From Candidatus Levyibacteriota bacterium (GTDB lineage: Bacteria; Patescibacteriota; Microgenomatia; Levybacterales; UBA12049): 64,000 nt of DNA. This document shows, one piece after another, positions 17,789-28,026 of the stretch (its first letter is position 1; every line of letters starts with the position of its first letter). The notes under the pieces are model-generated. The model was not told the DNA's origin. It was given only the letters and a program-made list of their open reading frames with translations, and made no database searches. The stretch is taken from the NCBI GenBank assembly GCA_038254115.1, contig JBBSGK010000004.1, positions 4,227-68,226 of the forward strand, given 5' to 3'. A program made the translations under genes and the position numbers.

Positions 17789-19387
17789 TTATTCCCATCT
17801 CATCGTTGCGGGGGGTTTGGAAGTGATGTCATAAACAACTCTTGAAACATCAGGGACCTCATTTACAATTCTTGATGATATTTGCGCGAGCACATCATAG
17901 GGGATACGGCTCCAATCAGCCGTCATAACATCCTCAGAATCATACGAGCGCACAGCTAGGACTTCTGCATAAACACGGGCGTCTCCTTTGACCGCGGTTG
18001 AAAAGCTTCCTGTCATTACTGCAAAGCATTCAAATACTTTGCTGTATTGGTCTGCTTTTTTCATCTCTTCAACCACTATTTGATCTGCTTTCATGACTTG
18101 TGCAAGCCTTTTTTCTGTGACCTCACCCATTATATTTACCGCATGTCCGGGACCGGGCCAAGGCTGCTGCATTACTATTTCCTCAGGAAGTCCTGAGAGG
18201 CGCCCGATTTCGCGTACTTCATCTTTATAATAAGTCCGGTTGGGTTCGATAAGTTTTAATTTCAAACTCTGAGGAAGTCCTCCGACATTGTGATGGGATT
18301 TGATGTGGGATGCATGCTTAGACCCTTTGGATTCTATAACATCTGAGTAAATTGTTCCCTGCCCGAGGAACTCTGCATCCTTATGCTTTTCTGCAATTTC
18401 CTGGAAGATATCTATATAAAGACTTCCGATTATTTTTCTCTTTTGTTCCGGATCTGTTATTCCTTTTAGCTTGTTTAGGAAACGTGTACGTGCATCAACG
18501 ATCACCAAATTTGCATGTATCAAATCTTTAAAAATGTAACTGACAAGCTGATCTGTGCCGACTCTCATAAGACCTGATTCGACATAGACCGGGATAAGAT
18601 TTGGGCCGATTGCTTTTCCTATCAGAAAAGCTGCAACAGTTGAGTCGACACCTCCTGAAACAGCAGCGATGACTTTACTTGTCCCAACTGTCTTTTTAAT
18701 GTCCGCTATTATTTTTTGCGGATCAAGAGAGAGGGGAACAAGATCCTCTTTACAGATCTTTGCAAAGTTTCTCAAAATTTCCAAACCATAATCTGTGTGC
18801 TGCGCTTCAGGATGAAACTGCACGCCATATAGATTTTTATCTGTGTTTTGGACAGCTGAAAATTCAACTGTTTTGGTGACAGCGAGATTTTCAAAACCCG
18901 GGGGAAGTTTTGTTACAGTGTCGCCATGTGAAACAATAACACTTGAAGTTTGGGGAAATCCATTAAGGATGCTTAATTCTTGATTATTAAGTCTTAATTC
19001 TAACTTTTCAGGTCCGTATTCTTTGGTCGTCTCCTCCACCTTTGCGCCCAATACCTGAGCCATTAATTGCCAGCCGTAACAAATGCCAAGAATTGGTGTT
19101 CCTTGCTCAAAAATCTCTTTTGAAATTGTTGGCGCGCCTTTTTCATAAACAGATGAAGGTCCGCCGGAAAGGATAATTCCCTTGATAGTATCACGGGTAC
19201 CACGTGTAGCACGAGTACCACGAGCTTTTTTCGTTTCTTTCCCGTGATACCCGTGGTACTTTTGATACTCGTGATACTTTTGGAGTGTTTCCTCGGGGTT
19301 TACGTATTCTATTTGGACTCCTATTTGCCGGAGGCGTCTCCCTATGAGGTGAGCAGTTTGTGAGCCAAAGTCAACGATGAGGATCAT
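17789..19387 (-). CDS. guaA: GMP synthase (glutamine-hydrolysing)
   Basis: VDFGSQ, GICYG, QFHPE, SGGVDS, IKSHHNVGGLP and YDITSKPPAT motifs. Confidence 0.97.
   Translation of the reverse strand: MILIVDFGSQTAHLIGRRLRQIGVQIEYVNPEETLQKYHEYQKYHGYHGKETKKARGTRATRGTRDTIKGIILSGGPSSVYEKGAPTISKEIFEQGTPILGICYGWQLMAQVLGAKVEETTKEYGPEKLELRLNNQELSILNGFPQTSSVIVSHGDTVTKLPPGFENLAVTKTVEFSAVQNTDKNLYGVQFHPEAQHTDYGLEILRNFAKICKEDLVPLSLDPQKIIADIKKTVGTSKVIAAVSGGVDSTVAAFLIGKAIGPNLIPVYVESGLMRVGTDQLVSYIFKDLIHANLVIVDARTRFLNKLKGITDPEQKRKIIGSLYIDIFQEIAEKHKDAEFLGQGTIYSDVIESKGSKHASHIKSHHNVGGLPQSLKLKLIEPNRTYYKDEVREIGRLSGLPEEIVMQQPWPGPGHAVNIMGEVTEKRLAQVMKADQIVVEEMKKADQYSKVFECFAVMTGSFSTAVKGDARVYAEVLAVRSYDSEDVMTADWSRIPYDVLAQISSRIVNEVPDVSRVVYDITSKPPATMRWE
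19188..19278. repeat. 9-mer palindromic repeat array inserted in frame in guaA
   Basis: (GTAyCACGn)x4 facing (nCGTGRTAC)-type units; encodes KYHEYQKYHGYHG...RGTRATRGTRDT. Confidence 0.85.
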
Positions 19388-19406
19388 TTGTAGTTATTAT
19401 ACAATT

Positions 19407-19586
19407 TTATCGCACGGATTGGTAGACTTGGGGCATATCGCTTTTTGAAAGAACCACCTGGAAAAGTAGAAGGGAATTAGATTTGAACGCTCCTGCAAAA
19501 ATTAAAAGATAGTATTTCCATATTCTGTAAAACTTCCCGTCGTATTTTTGAGGACATTTTTTGACTGTCTTTTCGGCCTGATCCAT
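19407..19586 (-). pseudogene. cfa: Internally deleted cyclopropane-fatty-acyl-phospholipid synthase remnant (59-aa mini-ORF)
   Basis: MDQAEKTVKKCPQKYDGKFYRIWKYYLLIFAGAFKSNSLLLFQVVLSK...VR*; the C-terminal part matches the Cfa end (F.RM..YYL..CAGAF......QVV.S). Confidence 0.7.
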
Positions 19587-19748
19587 AAGTTAAGGGTATT
19601 ATACTGCTAATTGTGAGGATGGCAAGGGTAGAATTGCTTGAGTTAAATTAAAACTAATCTCATAGCAAACTATTTACTAACTCTCTAAATTTATTTCGAG
19701 GCTTGAAAAATAATAAACGATAGTATATAATTCCCTATAATAATTATT

Positions 19749-20750
19749 ATGAGAACTGAACAGGAAGTAAGAAGAGGTTTGGGACAATATAAGAGAGGTC
19801 TAATAAGGGCAACCTGGGATAATCCTACTACTTTTGATCCTGAAGATGTGCGGCGTCATCTTAGAGCAAAAGGAGTACATAGCACATCACCAATTGTTGT
19901 AATTCCTTATGATATAGAGAGCTTGGATAGAGCCGCTGCAGTAGCTGACTCGTCTGAGTGGCAGGACCCGTTTGTTGTCGGTAAAATAAAGAGTGCTAAA
20001 AGCAAAAGGAAAAAGTTGGATAAAGGCGCCTCAATATATGATATCGGATTTCCCACTGTTTTTTATACAGAGTTGCTCGATTTAGCAGTTGTTATAGACG
20101 ATAGTAAAACAAACGAAGAGTTATTTGGAGAAATTTATTCTAGAGGTGCGTTAATTGAATCATTTGCTCATGAACTTACTCACAGCGCGTTTGCGCCTTT
20201 AACCGTTGTGAGTTTTTCTCCTAAAAACGATTCAGACAAAGTACGGGTAAAATCAACCCATGGTATTGGTCAAGCTAGCGAAACAGTAACTCTAAGTCCA
20301 GGAGCTGGTACTGAAAACCTATATAAACCCGTCTGGATTGATGAAGCGCATGCTGTTAAGTTGGCATCAGAAGTGAGAGGCAACATGGTTCCGGAGTCAG
20401 TTCAGCAAAAGCCATGCGTGATGGAGGAGGAAGAATTTGGTATTGATGAGATAGAAATACCCCCCCCATACCTCATCTTTTCTGAGAGTTATCCGGATGA
20501 ACCGGGGGATGTAGGGGGAAGCGTTGCCGGGGTGGGATTGGATACTCTGGAGACCAAGCGACCTGGATTAATACGTGACATTAATAATCTTACGACAGGC
20601 GGATCTATAGTGGATTTTCACAATAGATTAAAGCATAGTGTTGGGAAAGTTCTTTACAAGGCTATTACAACACGTCAGCCATATAAATCATGGGGAAATG
20701 TTCTTGATCAAATCCTTGATCTTTCTCCATCTCCATCATCAAAGCGCTAA
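19749..20750 (+). CDS. Orphan protein with HExxH zinc-metallopeptidase motif
   Basis: FAHELTH plus downstream WIDEAHA (gluzincin-like third ligand); no signal peptide. Confidence 0.7.
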   Translation: MRTEQEVRRGLGQYKRGLIRATWDNPTTFDPEDVRRHLRAKGVHSTSPIVVIPYDIESLDRAAAVADSSEWQDPFVVGKIKSAKSKRKKLDKGASIYDIGFPTVFYTELLDLAVVIDDSKTNEELFGEIYSRGALIESFAHELTHSAFAPLTVVSFSPKNDSDKVRVKSTHGIGQASETVTLSPGAGTENLYKPVWIDEAHAVKLASEVRGNMVPESVQQKPCVMEEEEFGIDEIEIPPPYLIFSESYPDEPGDVGGSVAGVGLDTLETKRPGLIRDINNLTTGGSIVDFHNRLKHSVGKVLYKAITTRQPYKSWGNVLDQILDLSPSPSSKR

Positions 20751-20882
20751 ATTTATAGAGCGCAAGGGGAAAGTTGCATAGCCAACTTTATTCTTAACCT
20801 CTAAGATGTCTATATACTTGCAATTAAAGGCTAAAGTGCTATAATATAGGATAATTTTGTATTTAAGCTATAATTAATAAAT

Positions 20883-21032
20883 ATGCAGAAAATTTCAAGA
20901 CATGTAAACAATATATTCGCGCTGCGTCACAATTCTCTATACATGAATTCAATTTATATAATGCTGAGTACATTGATGGTGTCTGCAAGAGGATTTTTTA
21001 TTAGCTTTGTTATGAGTGATAAGAAAAAATAA
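20883..21032 (+). pseudogene. Polysaccharide flippase (Wzx-like) remnant, 49-aa mini-ORF
   Basis: MQKISRHVNNIFALRHNSLYMNSIYIMLSTLMVSARGFFISFVMSDKKK*; NSLY.NSIY.MLST resembles the first helix of oligosaccharide flippases; directly upstream of a sugar acetyltransferase. Confidence 0.5.
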
Positions 21033-21033
21033 T

Positions 21034-21594
21034 ATGTATTTAAAACTAATAAATTTTTACATTTCATCCAAATATTTTATTGCACGCGTGAGGTCGATCG
21101 TGTTGGGTTTTAAACCGGAAAACTTCAAAAAGCATATTTACGTTATGCCGCATGTCCTGTTTGAAAACTACCGTCAAATGGATATCGGCTCGTATGTATT
21201 CATAAACCATCACACTGTTTTTTCGACCCCTCACGGCATGAAGATCGGGGACTATGTGATGATAGGGCCATATTGTTTGTTCGCAACAGTACATCACGAA
21301 TTTGATGACTACAAGAGCCCTATGATTTTTCAAAAGCCGCGAATAAGACCAATTGAGATAAGGAAAGATGTGTGGATCGGGGCAAAAGTAACCGTTTTGG
21401 GGGGGGTAACCATTGGTCGGGGAGCAATAGTCGCAGCAGGGGCAGTCGTCACAAAAGATGTTGAGCCTTATTCAATTGTCGGGGGAGTGCCTGCAAAATT
21501 GATAAGATATAGGTTTGATAAAGCAAAAATCCGTAAGGCTTCAATGATTAACTTCAAAAACCTCAAACATCAAAAGACAGATTTATGGGGATAG
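21034..21594 (+). CDS. Hexapeptide-repeat O-acetyltransferase
   Basis: DVWIGAKVTVLGGVTIGRGAIVAAGAVVTKDVEPYSIVGGVPAK. Confidence 0.92.
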   Translation: MYLKLINFYISSKYFIARVRSIVLGFKPENFKKHIYVMPHVLFENYRQMDIGSYVFINHHTVFSTPHGMKIGDYVMIGPYCLFATVHHEFDDYKSPMIFQKPRIRPIEIRKDVWIGAKVTVLGGVTIGRGAIVAAGAVVTKDVEPYSIVGGVPAKLIRYRFDKAKIRKASMINFKNLKHQKTDLWG

Positions 21595-21607
21595 TTTGGA
21601 GACTTTG

Positions 21608-22723
21608 TTATTTTCTCCAGCCATGTATATTTCCAAAAGCGACTAACACCTTTTCTGTTTCTTCTTTCCCCTCATCAAAGCGAAGATCTATTGGAAAAGC
21701 CTGATCATCGGGTCCGCGTAAATTTTCAAACGATTCTAATATATGGTGCATGCCTCTTGCTTCATGTCTACGTAGCCCATTCATATTATCTGGTGTGGTT
21801 TCAAGTGCTCTATAAAAATCGTTTTGCAAATCGGGAACTTCAAGCCAATTTTCATTGTCTCCCACTGCAAATCCTACCCCCTCAAATAACTGAGAATAAT
21901 CATATGCCTCCTTTGATTTTGCAAGACTTGAAAGTCGCAGAGCTCCTGGAGTACTCAACGCTCTGAGTTCGTGTGCCCCTAAGCTATGCGCAACATACAT
22001 TGCTAAAAAAGCAAGGCATCTTTGTGGTGAAATTTTAAATTTTTTTCTAAATTCAGAGTAACCTTTTATTTTATCCACATCTTTTTTAACAGCAGAACCC
22101 GTCCTTATTATTCTTGTTGCAAGTGATCCAGCTGAGTCCTCTGTCTCGGTATCTATTCCTGTTCTCCATAGTTCCCCAGAAGTTTTGTTGAATGGCTGCC
22201 CCCAATCTATGCCTATGGCAAAATCAAGTGAAAAAGTTCCAGCACCAGATCCTCCTTTACAAGAAAGAAAAAATTTTGTATCTGCAATAGGAGCTTTAAA
22301 TATAGTTGCTCTTTCTTTGTCTTTACTTGCAAAGAAATCTTGTCCGACAAGGCTTATCAAGTATCTTGCATTGTGTGAGGCTCGTGAGAATGCAATAACT
22401 GGATCTTCCTCTTCAGAGATATAATTAAATGATCTGGATTTAAAAAAATCAGGTAAATCTGTAACTTCGTGAAGATCATCTAGTAACTTTAGAGCCGGCT
22501 CGCCCAAAGGAGAAGTATGTAGATTCCAGCGCCTAGCATAATTATAGACTCCGAATATGAGATTTGGAGAGATACCCTTTCGTTCACCATATATATTTAA
22601 CCCATCAAATAAACGCATTCCGCGATTTCGCCTTGTCCTGGAATTTTCCAATATAAATCCTTCCGGGGTTAATTCTGGAGGAGTAATATCTTGTGAGCGA
22701 TCTATTTCGTGCACAGTACTCAT
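21608..22723 (-). CDS. Orphan protein, possibly VirK/YbjX (DUF535)-like
   Basis: FKISPQRCLAFLAMYVAHSLGAHELRALS...YDYSQLFEGVG recalls the VirK core; weak by-eye match. Confidence 0.55.
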   Translation of the reverse strand: MSTVHEIDRSQDITPPELTPEGFILENSRTRRNRGMRLFDGLNIYGERKGISPNLIFGVYNYARRWNLHTSPLGEPALKLLDDLHEVTDLPDFFKSRSFNYISEEEDPVIAFSRASHNARYLISLVGQDFFASKDKERATIFKAPIADTKFFLSCKGGSGAGTFSLDFAIGIDWGQPFNKTSGELWRTGIDTETEDSAGSLATRIIRTGSAVKKDVDKIKGYSEFRKKFKISPQRCLAFLAMYVAHSLGAHELRALSTPGALRLSSLAKSKEAYDYSQLFEGVGFAVGDNENWLEVPDLQNDFYRALETTPDNMNGLRRHEARGMHHILESFENLRGPDDQAFPIDLRFDEGKEETEKVLVAFGNIHGWRK

Positions 22724-22833
22724 TGTAAGAGTATATCATAATAGGACACTAAGAGCAACCTATAGTAGGTATATAATTATTGATAAGTATTGCATAATAT
22801 AAAGAAAGAATAGTAAATAAAAAGGAGTTTTTC

Positions 22834-24468
22834 CTATTTTACAAGCAATGATTGGGTGGAGATTGTTGGTTGATATGTATAGTTTGATTTTGTAACACTG
22901 GATATTTTTGTAGTGTATGTTCCAAGTTCTTTTGAGCGGAGAGAAAATGATACTTTTCCAAGTGAATCTGTAGTTGCGGAAAATGAAGTAATTTTTCCTG
23001 AGGGAGTTGTTATAGTTGCTTTTACTGCCGCACTTGAAATCGGGACATTCGAGTCTTTGTTAACAGCAGTTATAACTGATATTATCTTTCGCTGGCCGAA
23101 GAGTTGTGAAGCATAAGACATCGTGATATCGGAAACAGTCATCGTAAGAGAAGGTGCTGAAGTTGGTACTGCTGTTGTGGGTGTTGGTGTTGGAATAACA
23201 GGAGCCTGAGTAGGAGTGGGAGTATTAATAGAGAGAGGAGATACTGCTTTGTAGGCGTTAATCCGGCCGTATGTCCAGTTGGTTCCTGTTCCTGTAATCT
23301 GTTCAGCTGTTTTTTCGATTTGTTCACGTACACAGATATTTGTTGAGCAAATTCCTTTGGACCAGATTAGGGCTGCAACTCCTGCTGTAAGTGGAGATGC
23401 CATAGAGGTTCCTGACATGGAAGCGTATGAATTGCCTTTGTAAGTTGAGTAAATTGATGACCCAGGTGCTGCCACATCTACCCAGGGACCATAATTGGAA
23501 TAACTTGTTATTGTATCATTTGCGTCTGTTGCGGCTACAGCAATTACATGTATATACGCTCCGGGGTATGATTCTGCAGTGCTTGATGAGTTTCCTGCCG
23601 CTGCGATTACTACACTCCCTTTGCTCCAGGCATAGTCGACAGCATCTTGAAGAGTTTGGGATGATTGTGTTCCCCCAAGACTCATATTTATGACTTGTGC
23701 TCCCTGATCGGCTGCCCATATAATACCGTTCGCGATCCAAGAGTGGTAACCTGACCCATCATCAGCGAGCACTTTTCCATTTAAAAGTACGGAATTGTAA
23801 CCGGCTCCTGCTACACCAGACCCGTTATTGGTCGAAGAAGCTGCAATTCCTGCAACATGAGTTCCATGGCCATTTAGATCTGTAGCATTTGCTGTTGTTG
23901 TGAAATTTGTACTATTTATGACTTTTCCCGCTAAGTCGGAGTGTGATTCTTCAATCCCGGTATCCAGTATCGCAATTTTAACCGATGATGATCCTGTTGT
24001 CAGGTCCCAGGCACTTTCGCTGCCGCTTTTTGCTGCGTCAATTTTGAATAGTCCCCATTGTTGGGATAAAGACTGATCATTGGTTATTCCTAAAACATGT
24101 GCTTTAAAATTGGGCTCAGCGTATTCAACGAGGGAATTATTACTATATTCTGCTACTGCTTGTTCAATATTTCCCGTTTCTATTTTAATTACCTCAGAAT
24201 TTAATTTATTGATCCTTTGTCTTAACTGTGCTCTACGTGTCTTTCGCAAAGATTCTTTGTCTTTTTCATTTACATTTTTTTTATACTTCACAATAATTTC
24301 ACCGGGAGCTGTATTGCCTGTCGCTGTTCCCTTTACGTCAACTTGGGAAGGTTTATTTAATAAGCTAAAAATACCGATTACTAGAAGTGCGATACCTACT
24401 GCGATAGAGATAAAGGGGGTTTTATTGCTTTTTTTAATTCTTTTCCGGCGGACAGACTTTTTCTTCAT
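22834..24468 (-). CDS. Membrane-anchored subtilisin-like (S8, thermitase-type) protease
   Basis: ILDTG, HGTHVAG, AAAGN and GTSMASP catalytic motifs; N-terminal TM helix and propeptide. Confidence 0.95.
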   Translation of the reverse strand: MKKKSVRRKRIKKSNKTPFISIAVGIALLVIGIFSLLNKPSQVDVKGTATGNTAPGEIIVKYKKNVNEKDKESLRKTRRAQLRQRINKLNSEVIKIETGNIEQAVAEYSNNSLVEYAEPNFKAHVLGITNDQSLSQQWGLFKIDAAKSGSESAWDLTTGSSSVKIAILDTGIEESHSDLAGKVINSTNFTTTANATDLNGHGTHVAGIAASSTNNGSGVAGAGYNSVLLNGKVLADDGSGYHSWIANGIIWAADQGAQVINMSLGGTQSSQTLQDAVDYAWSKGSVVIAAAGNSSSTAESYPGAYIHVIAVAATDANDTITSYSNYGPWVDVAAPGSSIYSTYKGNSYASMSGTSMASPLTAGVAALIWSKGICSTNICVREQIEKTAEQITGTGTNWTYGRINAYKAVSPLSINTPTPTQAPVIPTPTPTTAVPTSAPSLTMTVSDITMSYASQLFGQRKIISVITAVNKDSNVPISSAAVKATITTPSGKITSFSATTDSLGKVSFSLRSKELGTYTTKISSVTKSNYTYQPTISTQSLLVK

Positions 24469-24557
24469 CTATAAAAATATTAAACTATCAAAAGTATTGA
24501 TGTCAAGTTTAGCTTCATTTAACAGTATTATCCACAGAGGTTATTGCTAAGAAGGTT

Positions 24558-24962
24558 TTACTTCGATTTTTTAAAACTTGGTTTGTCGGGTGGGGCGAGC
24601 ATTATATTGATTAAAGTAACTAACTCCTGAATATCAAATGGTTTGTATAGTACCTCAATTTTATGTTTTTTGAGCCAGTTCGTCTTGTCTTCGCCAAGTG
24701 TTGACGCGGTCGCTATAACCACAGGCATTTCTTTTGTCTGTGGGTCAAGCCTGAGAAGATCAAGCATACTCCATCCTCGTTGCGGGCTATCCATGCGGAT
24801 ATCTAAAATAATTAAGTCGGGTGCTTCTTTTTTCAGGCGGTGATAAGCTTTTTCCCCTTCGTGGATAACAAAGACATCATAATCTCCAATCTCCTGTAGG
24901 AGCATATTCATCGCGTCGATAAAATCTACATCGTCATTTACAATTGCAATTCTTCTCTTCAT
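24558..24962 (-). CDS. Single-domain response regulator
   Basis: IVNDD, PDLIILDIRM and KPF receiver motifs. Confidence 0.9.
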   Translation of the reverse strand: MKRRIAIVNDDVDFIDAMNMLLQEIGDYDVFVIHEGEKAYHRLKKEAPDLIILDIRMDSPQRGWSMLDLLRLDPQTKEMPVVIATASTLGEDKTNWLKKHKIEVLYKPFDIQELVTLINIMLAPPDKPSFKKSK

Positions 24963-25020
24963 TGAAGAATTATTCTAAACAAAAAGTACTTATTTAGCAA
25001 TGAGGACTTATTGTCTGCTA

Positions 25021-25764
25021 TTACTGCTTTGTGATGGAGGCGATAATGCTGTCCAGCTCAGACAGTGTAGTTGCATCTGCCGGGCTTGGGGATTTGGCAC
25101 TGATTGCCCCGTATTTAGTAGGGGAACCATACGATGTCCCGGTTGGATTTTTCTGACAAATAGTATATTCTCCGCCTGTATTCCAGCTTCTTCTGTATTG
25201 TCCTTCTTTTCCTGCTATGTCTGTAAAATCTGTGAATGTTTGGGACATTTCAGCCGGTGGATCGCCTTTGTAAGTACAAGTTCCGCCGCCAAATGCTGCT
25301 TGCAGAATATTAATTGTGTATCCGTTTTTACTGATAATCAGTTTGTCCGAAACATTTGTTGTCTCGTGCTTATCAGTCCAATCGGCCGGAATCTCAACCA
25401 TGTAGGGTTTAAAGCTTGTGCTTCCATCAGTGAGCCCTGCCTTTACGGTTTTTTTGGAACCTATTGTAGGGGATACTTCTTGTTTCATAGCTTGCGTAGG
25501 CTGCTCAATAATTGCCTTGGTGGGAGCTGGAGTCGGGGTAACAGTATCTGAACTTTTCTTGGAACTTCCGAGATAATATCCTCCAAAAAGCAACAGGGCA
25601 ATTGCAGCGATGCCAATCATGACCTTCCCAAATACCGGAAAAGGCTTTTTGTTTTGTGGAGCCGGTGGATTATTTACAACAGTAGTCTCTGATTCCGGAG
25701 CAGTTGGGGGAACAGGTTTTGTCTCTTCAGATGCAGGTATCGTATCTTCTTGTTGCGCGTCCAT
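25021..25764 (-). CDS. Membrane-anchored hypothetical protein
   Basis: Pro-rich N-terminus, one TM helix, extracellular domain ending LDSIIASI. Confidence 0.7.
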   Translation of the reverse strand: MDAQQEDTIPASEETKPVPPTAPESETTVVNNPPAPQNKKPFPVFGKVMIGIAAIALLLFGGYYLGSSKKSSDTVTPTPAPTKAIIEQPTQAMKQEVSPTIGSKKTVKAGLTDGSTSFKPYMVEIPADWTDKHETTNVSDKLIISKNGYTINILQAAFGGGTCTYKGDPPAEMSQTFTDFTDIAGKEGQYRRSWNTGGEYTICQKNPTGTSYGSPTKYGAISAKSPSPADATTLSELDSIIASITKQ

Positions 25765-25998
25765 ATATCAAGTATCGCAGAGAATAAATTAAATTACAAT
25801 ATATCAGGCACTTTTATATCTTTCTTGCGATTACATATAAATAATGTTTGCAAAAAATTCAAAATATTTTATATAATCATCGATATAGTAATGATATGGA
25901 GGAAGCTAAATTTAAGTCATTTTGAGCAGGTTTTGATTCTTCGTTCGTATTATCAATAATTTTTTGCATGATATGGTATAAAGAGTAGTGACATATCT

Positions 25999-26757
25999 AT
26001 GAAAATTATTTATATCATTTTTGCCGCAGTAATTGTCTTACTTGTAGTTATTCTTCTAGTTGAAGTTTTGATGGTCATAAGTATCAAGCAGCCTACGTTT
26101 AAAAATCCTGACCGCGCAGCTCAAGTTTTGGGTACTACCGGTGAGAAGCTGACATATGTCGTGTTGGGAGACAGCACAGGAGCTGGCCGGGGAGCGGATT
26201 ATAAGAGGGGGGTAGCAATTCAAACAGCAAAGTATTTGGCAAAAAAAAGAAAGGTAAAATTTGTAAATTTATCTGTATCCGGCGGGACAACTAGAGATGT
26301 TCTGATCGAGCAAATTCCTCATGTGAGTGTATATAAACCGGATTTGGTTCTTTTGGCTGTTGGATCAAATGATGTTACGCATTTAACGCTTGGAAAATCA
26401 CTTGAGAAAGATCTGAACCTTATAATAGAAGATTTAATAAAAACCAATTGTAATGTAAAGATTGTTGTAACAGGGGCTGCGGAGATGGGTGCGATTCCAC
26501 TTTTTCCCCAGCCTTTGCAATATATTGCAGGATTGAGAACACAGCAGTTAAATAAAATTTTTGGTAGAGTGGCAGAAGAAAAAAATATAACCTTCGCGCA
26601 AATTGCCTATGAAACAGGACCGTTATTTAAAAAATATAAAAGTCTTTTCGCTTCAGATGGTTTTCATCCAAACGAAAGTGGTTACGCAACATGGCTTCCT
26701 GTTCTAAATAAATCAATAGATGGCGCCTTGCAAACTCAGCCAAGCCACTGTAATTAA
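25999..26757 (+). CDS. SGNH/GDSL hydrolase
   Basis: VLGDST, GSND and DGFHPN motifs; N-terminal TM helix. Confidence 0.92.
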   Translation: MKIIYIIFAAVIVLLVVILLVEVLMVISIKQPTFKNPDRAAQVLGTTGEKLTYVVLGDSTGAGRGADYKRGVAIQTAKYLAKKRKVKFVNLSVSGGTTRDVLIEQIPHVSVYKPDLVLLAVGSNDVTHLTLGKSLEKDLNLIIEDLIKTNCNVKIVVTGAAEMGAIPLFPQPLQYIAGLRTQQLNKIFGRVAEEKNITFAQIAYETGPLFKKYKSLFASDGFHPNESGYATWLPVLNKSIDGALQTQPSHCN

Positions 26758-26891
26758 TGTAAATTACAGAAATATGTCTACGCGCTTTCATATATTTTGG
26801 TACACATTATAATAGTATAGCCCCTCCGAAGCTAAAATTAACCTATAGTGTAATTTAATTATATTTTTCTTATTAATGTTATAATTTCAGC

Positions 26892-27464
26892 ATGTTACAG
26901 ATTTTGGGAATAGGGTCGGGAGTTATATGTTTTTTCGGTTACGTTCCGTATCTAAGGGATATTTTTCGGGGGACTACTAAGCCTGAGCGTGCTTCATGGT
27001 TTATATGGCTGGTACTTGGGATTATTGGATTTTTTTCCCAAAGAGCCGAAGGCGCGACTTGGTCACTCTGGCTATCCGGAGTAAATAATATCGGGATACT
27101 TGTTATTGTTATTTTATCAATTAAATATGGGGTTGGAGGTATGCGCAAGAGAGATGTACTGGCATTGGCTGCCGCGGCAGTGGGACTATATCTCTGGTAT
27201 TTAACGCGTCATGCTTACATCGCACTATACATAACTCTTTTTATAGATGCTTTGGGCTACATCCTGATCTACATGAAGTCATATTCTGATCCGGGAAGCG
27301 AAACACTAATCGCCTGGGTGATTTATTCCTTGGCGGGTCTTGCCGCAGCGTTGTCAATCGGCACATTCAATCCCGTTTTGCTTTCATACCCTGTGTACGT
27401 CTTCGTGGTCAATATGATAGTTGTATTGATTCTTCTTTCAAGAAAACAAAAAATCACCAAATAA
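26892..27464 (+). CDS. Multi-pass membrane protein (PQ-loop-like hypothetical)
   Basis: PYLRDIFRGTTKPERASWFIW; about 7 hydrophobic segments. Confidence 0.75.
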   Translation: MLQILGIGSGVICFFGYVPYLRDIFRGTTKPERASWFIWLVLGIIGFFSQRAEGATWSLWLSGVNNIGILVIVILSIKYGVGGMRKRDVLALAAAAVGLYLWYLTRHAYIALYITLFIDALGYILIYMKSYSDPGSETLIAWVIYSLAGLAAALSIGTFNPVLLSYPVYVFVVNMIVVLILLSRKQKITK

Positions 27465-27507
27465 CTTTAGCCTTGATTTATTAAGCTATCCTGCTATAAT
27501 TTCGTTT

Positions 27508-28023
27508 ATGGTAGGTTACGAAGCAAGCTCACATTATATTCCGAGAAAAAACAGAGAATTTAAACCTTCGGATACAGATCCTGCGGCAAGAAGACATTTT
27601 AGAGATCTTCATAAAGCAGCAAATGTATGCGGTGAGAAAAGAGTTACTGTTCCTGCGTATACACCCGAGCGCGCCCTTGTTATAAGAAATTTAGTATCAG
27701 ATTATCCGGATGAGACCCCTATAGCAGTGCTTTATCCACGTTCACAAAAAAGAATGGCCAAAAATAGACTACCTTCTAATCAATGGGAAGAATTTATTGA
27801 TCGACTAGACATATATGTCAAAGGACGCATTGCTTCAGTTTTGAGAAGAGCAGGAACATCCTTTGGCACACTTGGTGCTCTTAGAAAGGCTATAGAAAAA
27901 GGAACGCTTCGCGAGCCACAAAGGTTGGTGTCATCAACAGGGAAAATGAATCCTGCGTTAAGTGAAAGGCAAGCTGGATTTCTTGCACAGGCTTTTGGTC
28001 GTCCTCCCGAAGCTTCACATTAG
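27508..28023 (+). CDS. Orphan protein, weak RNAP alpha-CTD-like segment
   Basis: TTGATT-16-TATAAT 7 nt before the ATG; RIASVLRRAGTSFGTLGALRKA. Confidence 0.65.
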   Translation: MVGYEASSHYIPRKNREFKPSDTDPAARRHFRDLHKAANVCGEKRVTVPAYTPERALVIRNLVSDYPDETPIAVLYPRSQKRMAKNRLPSNQWEEFIDRLDIYVKGRIASVLRRAGTSFGTLGALRKAIEKGTLREPQRLVSSTGKMNPALSERQAGFLAQAFGRPPEASH

Positions 28024-28026
28024 CAA

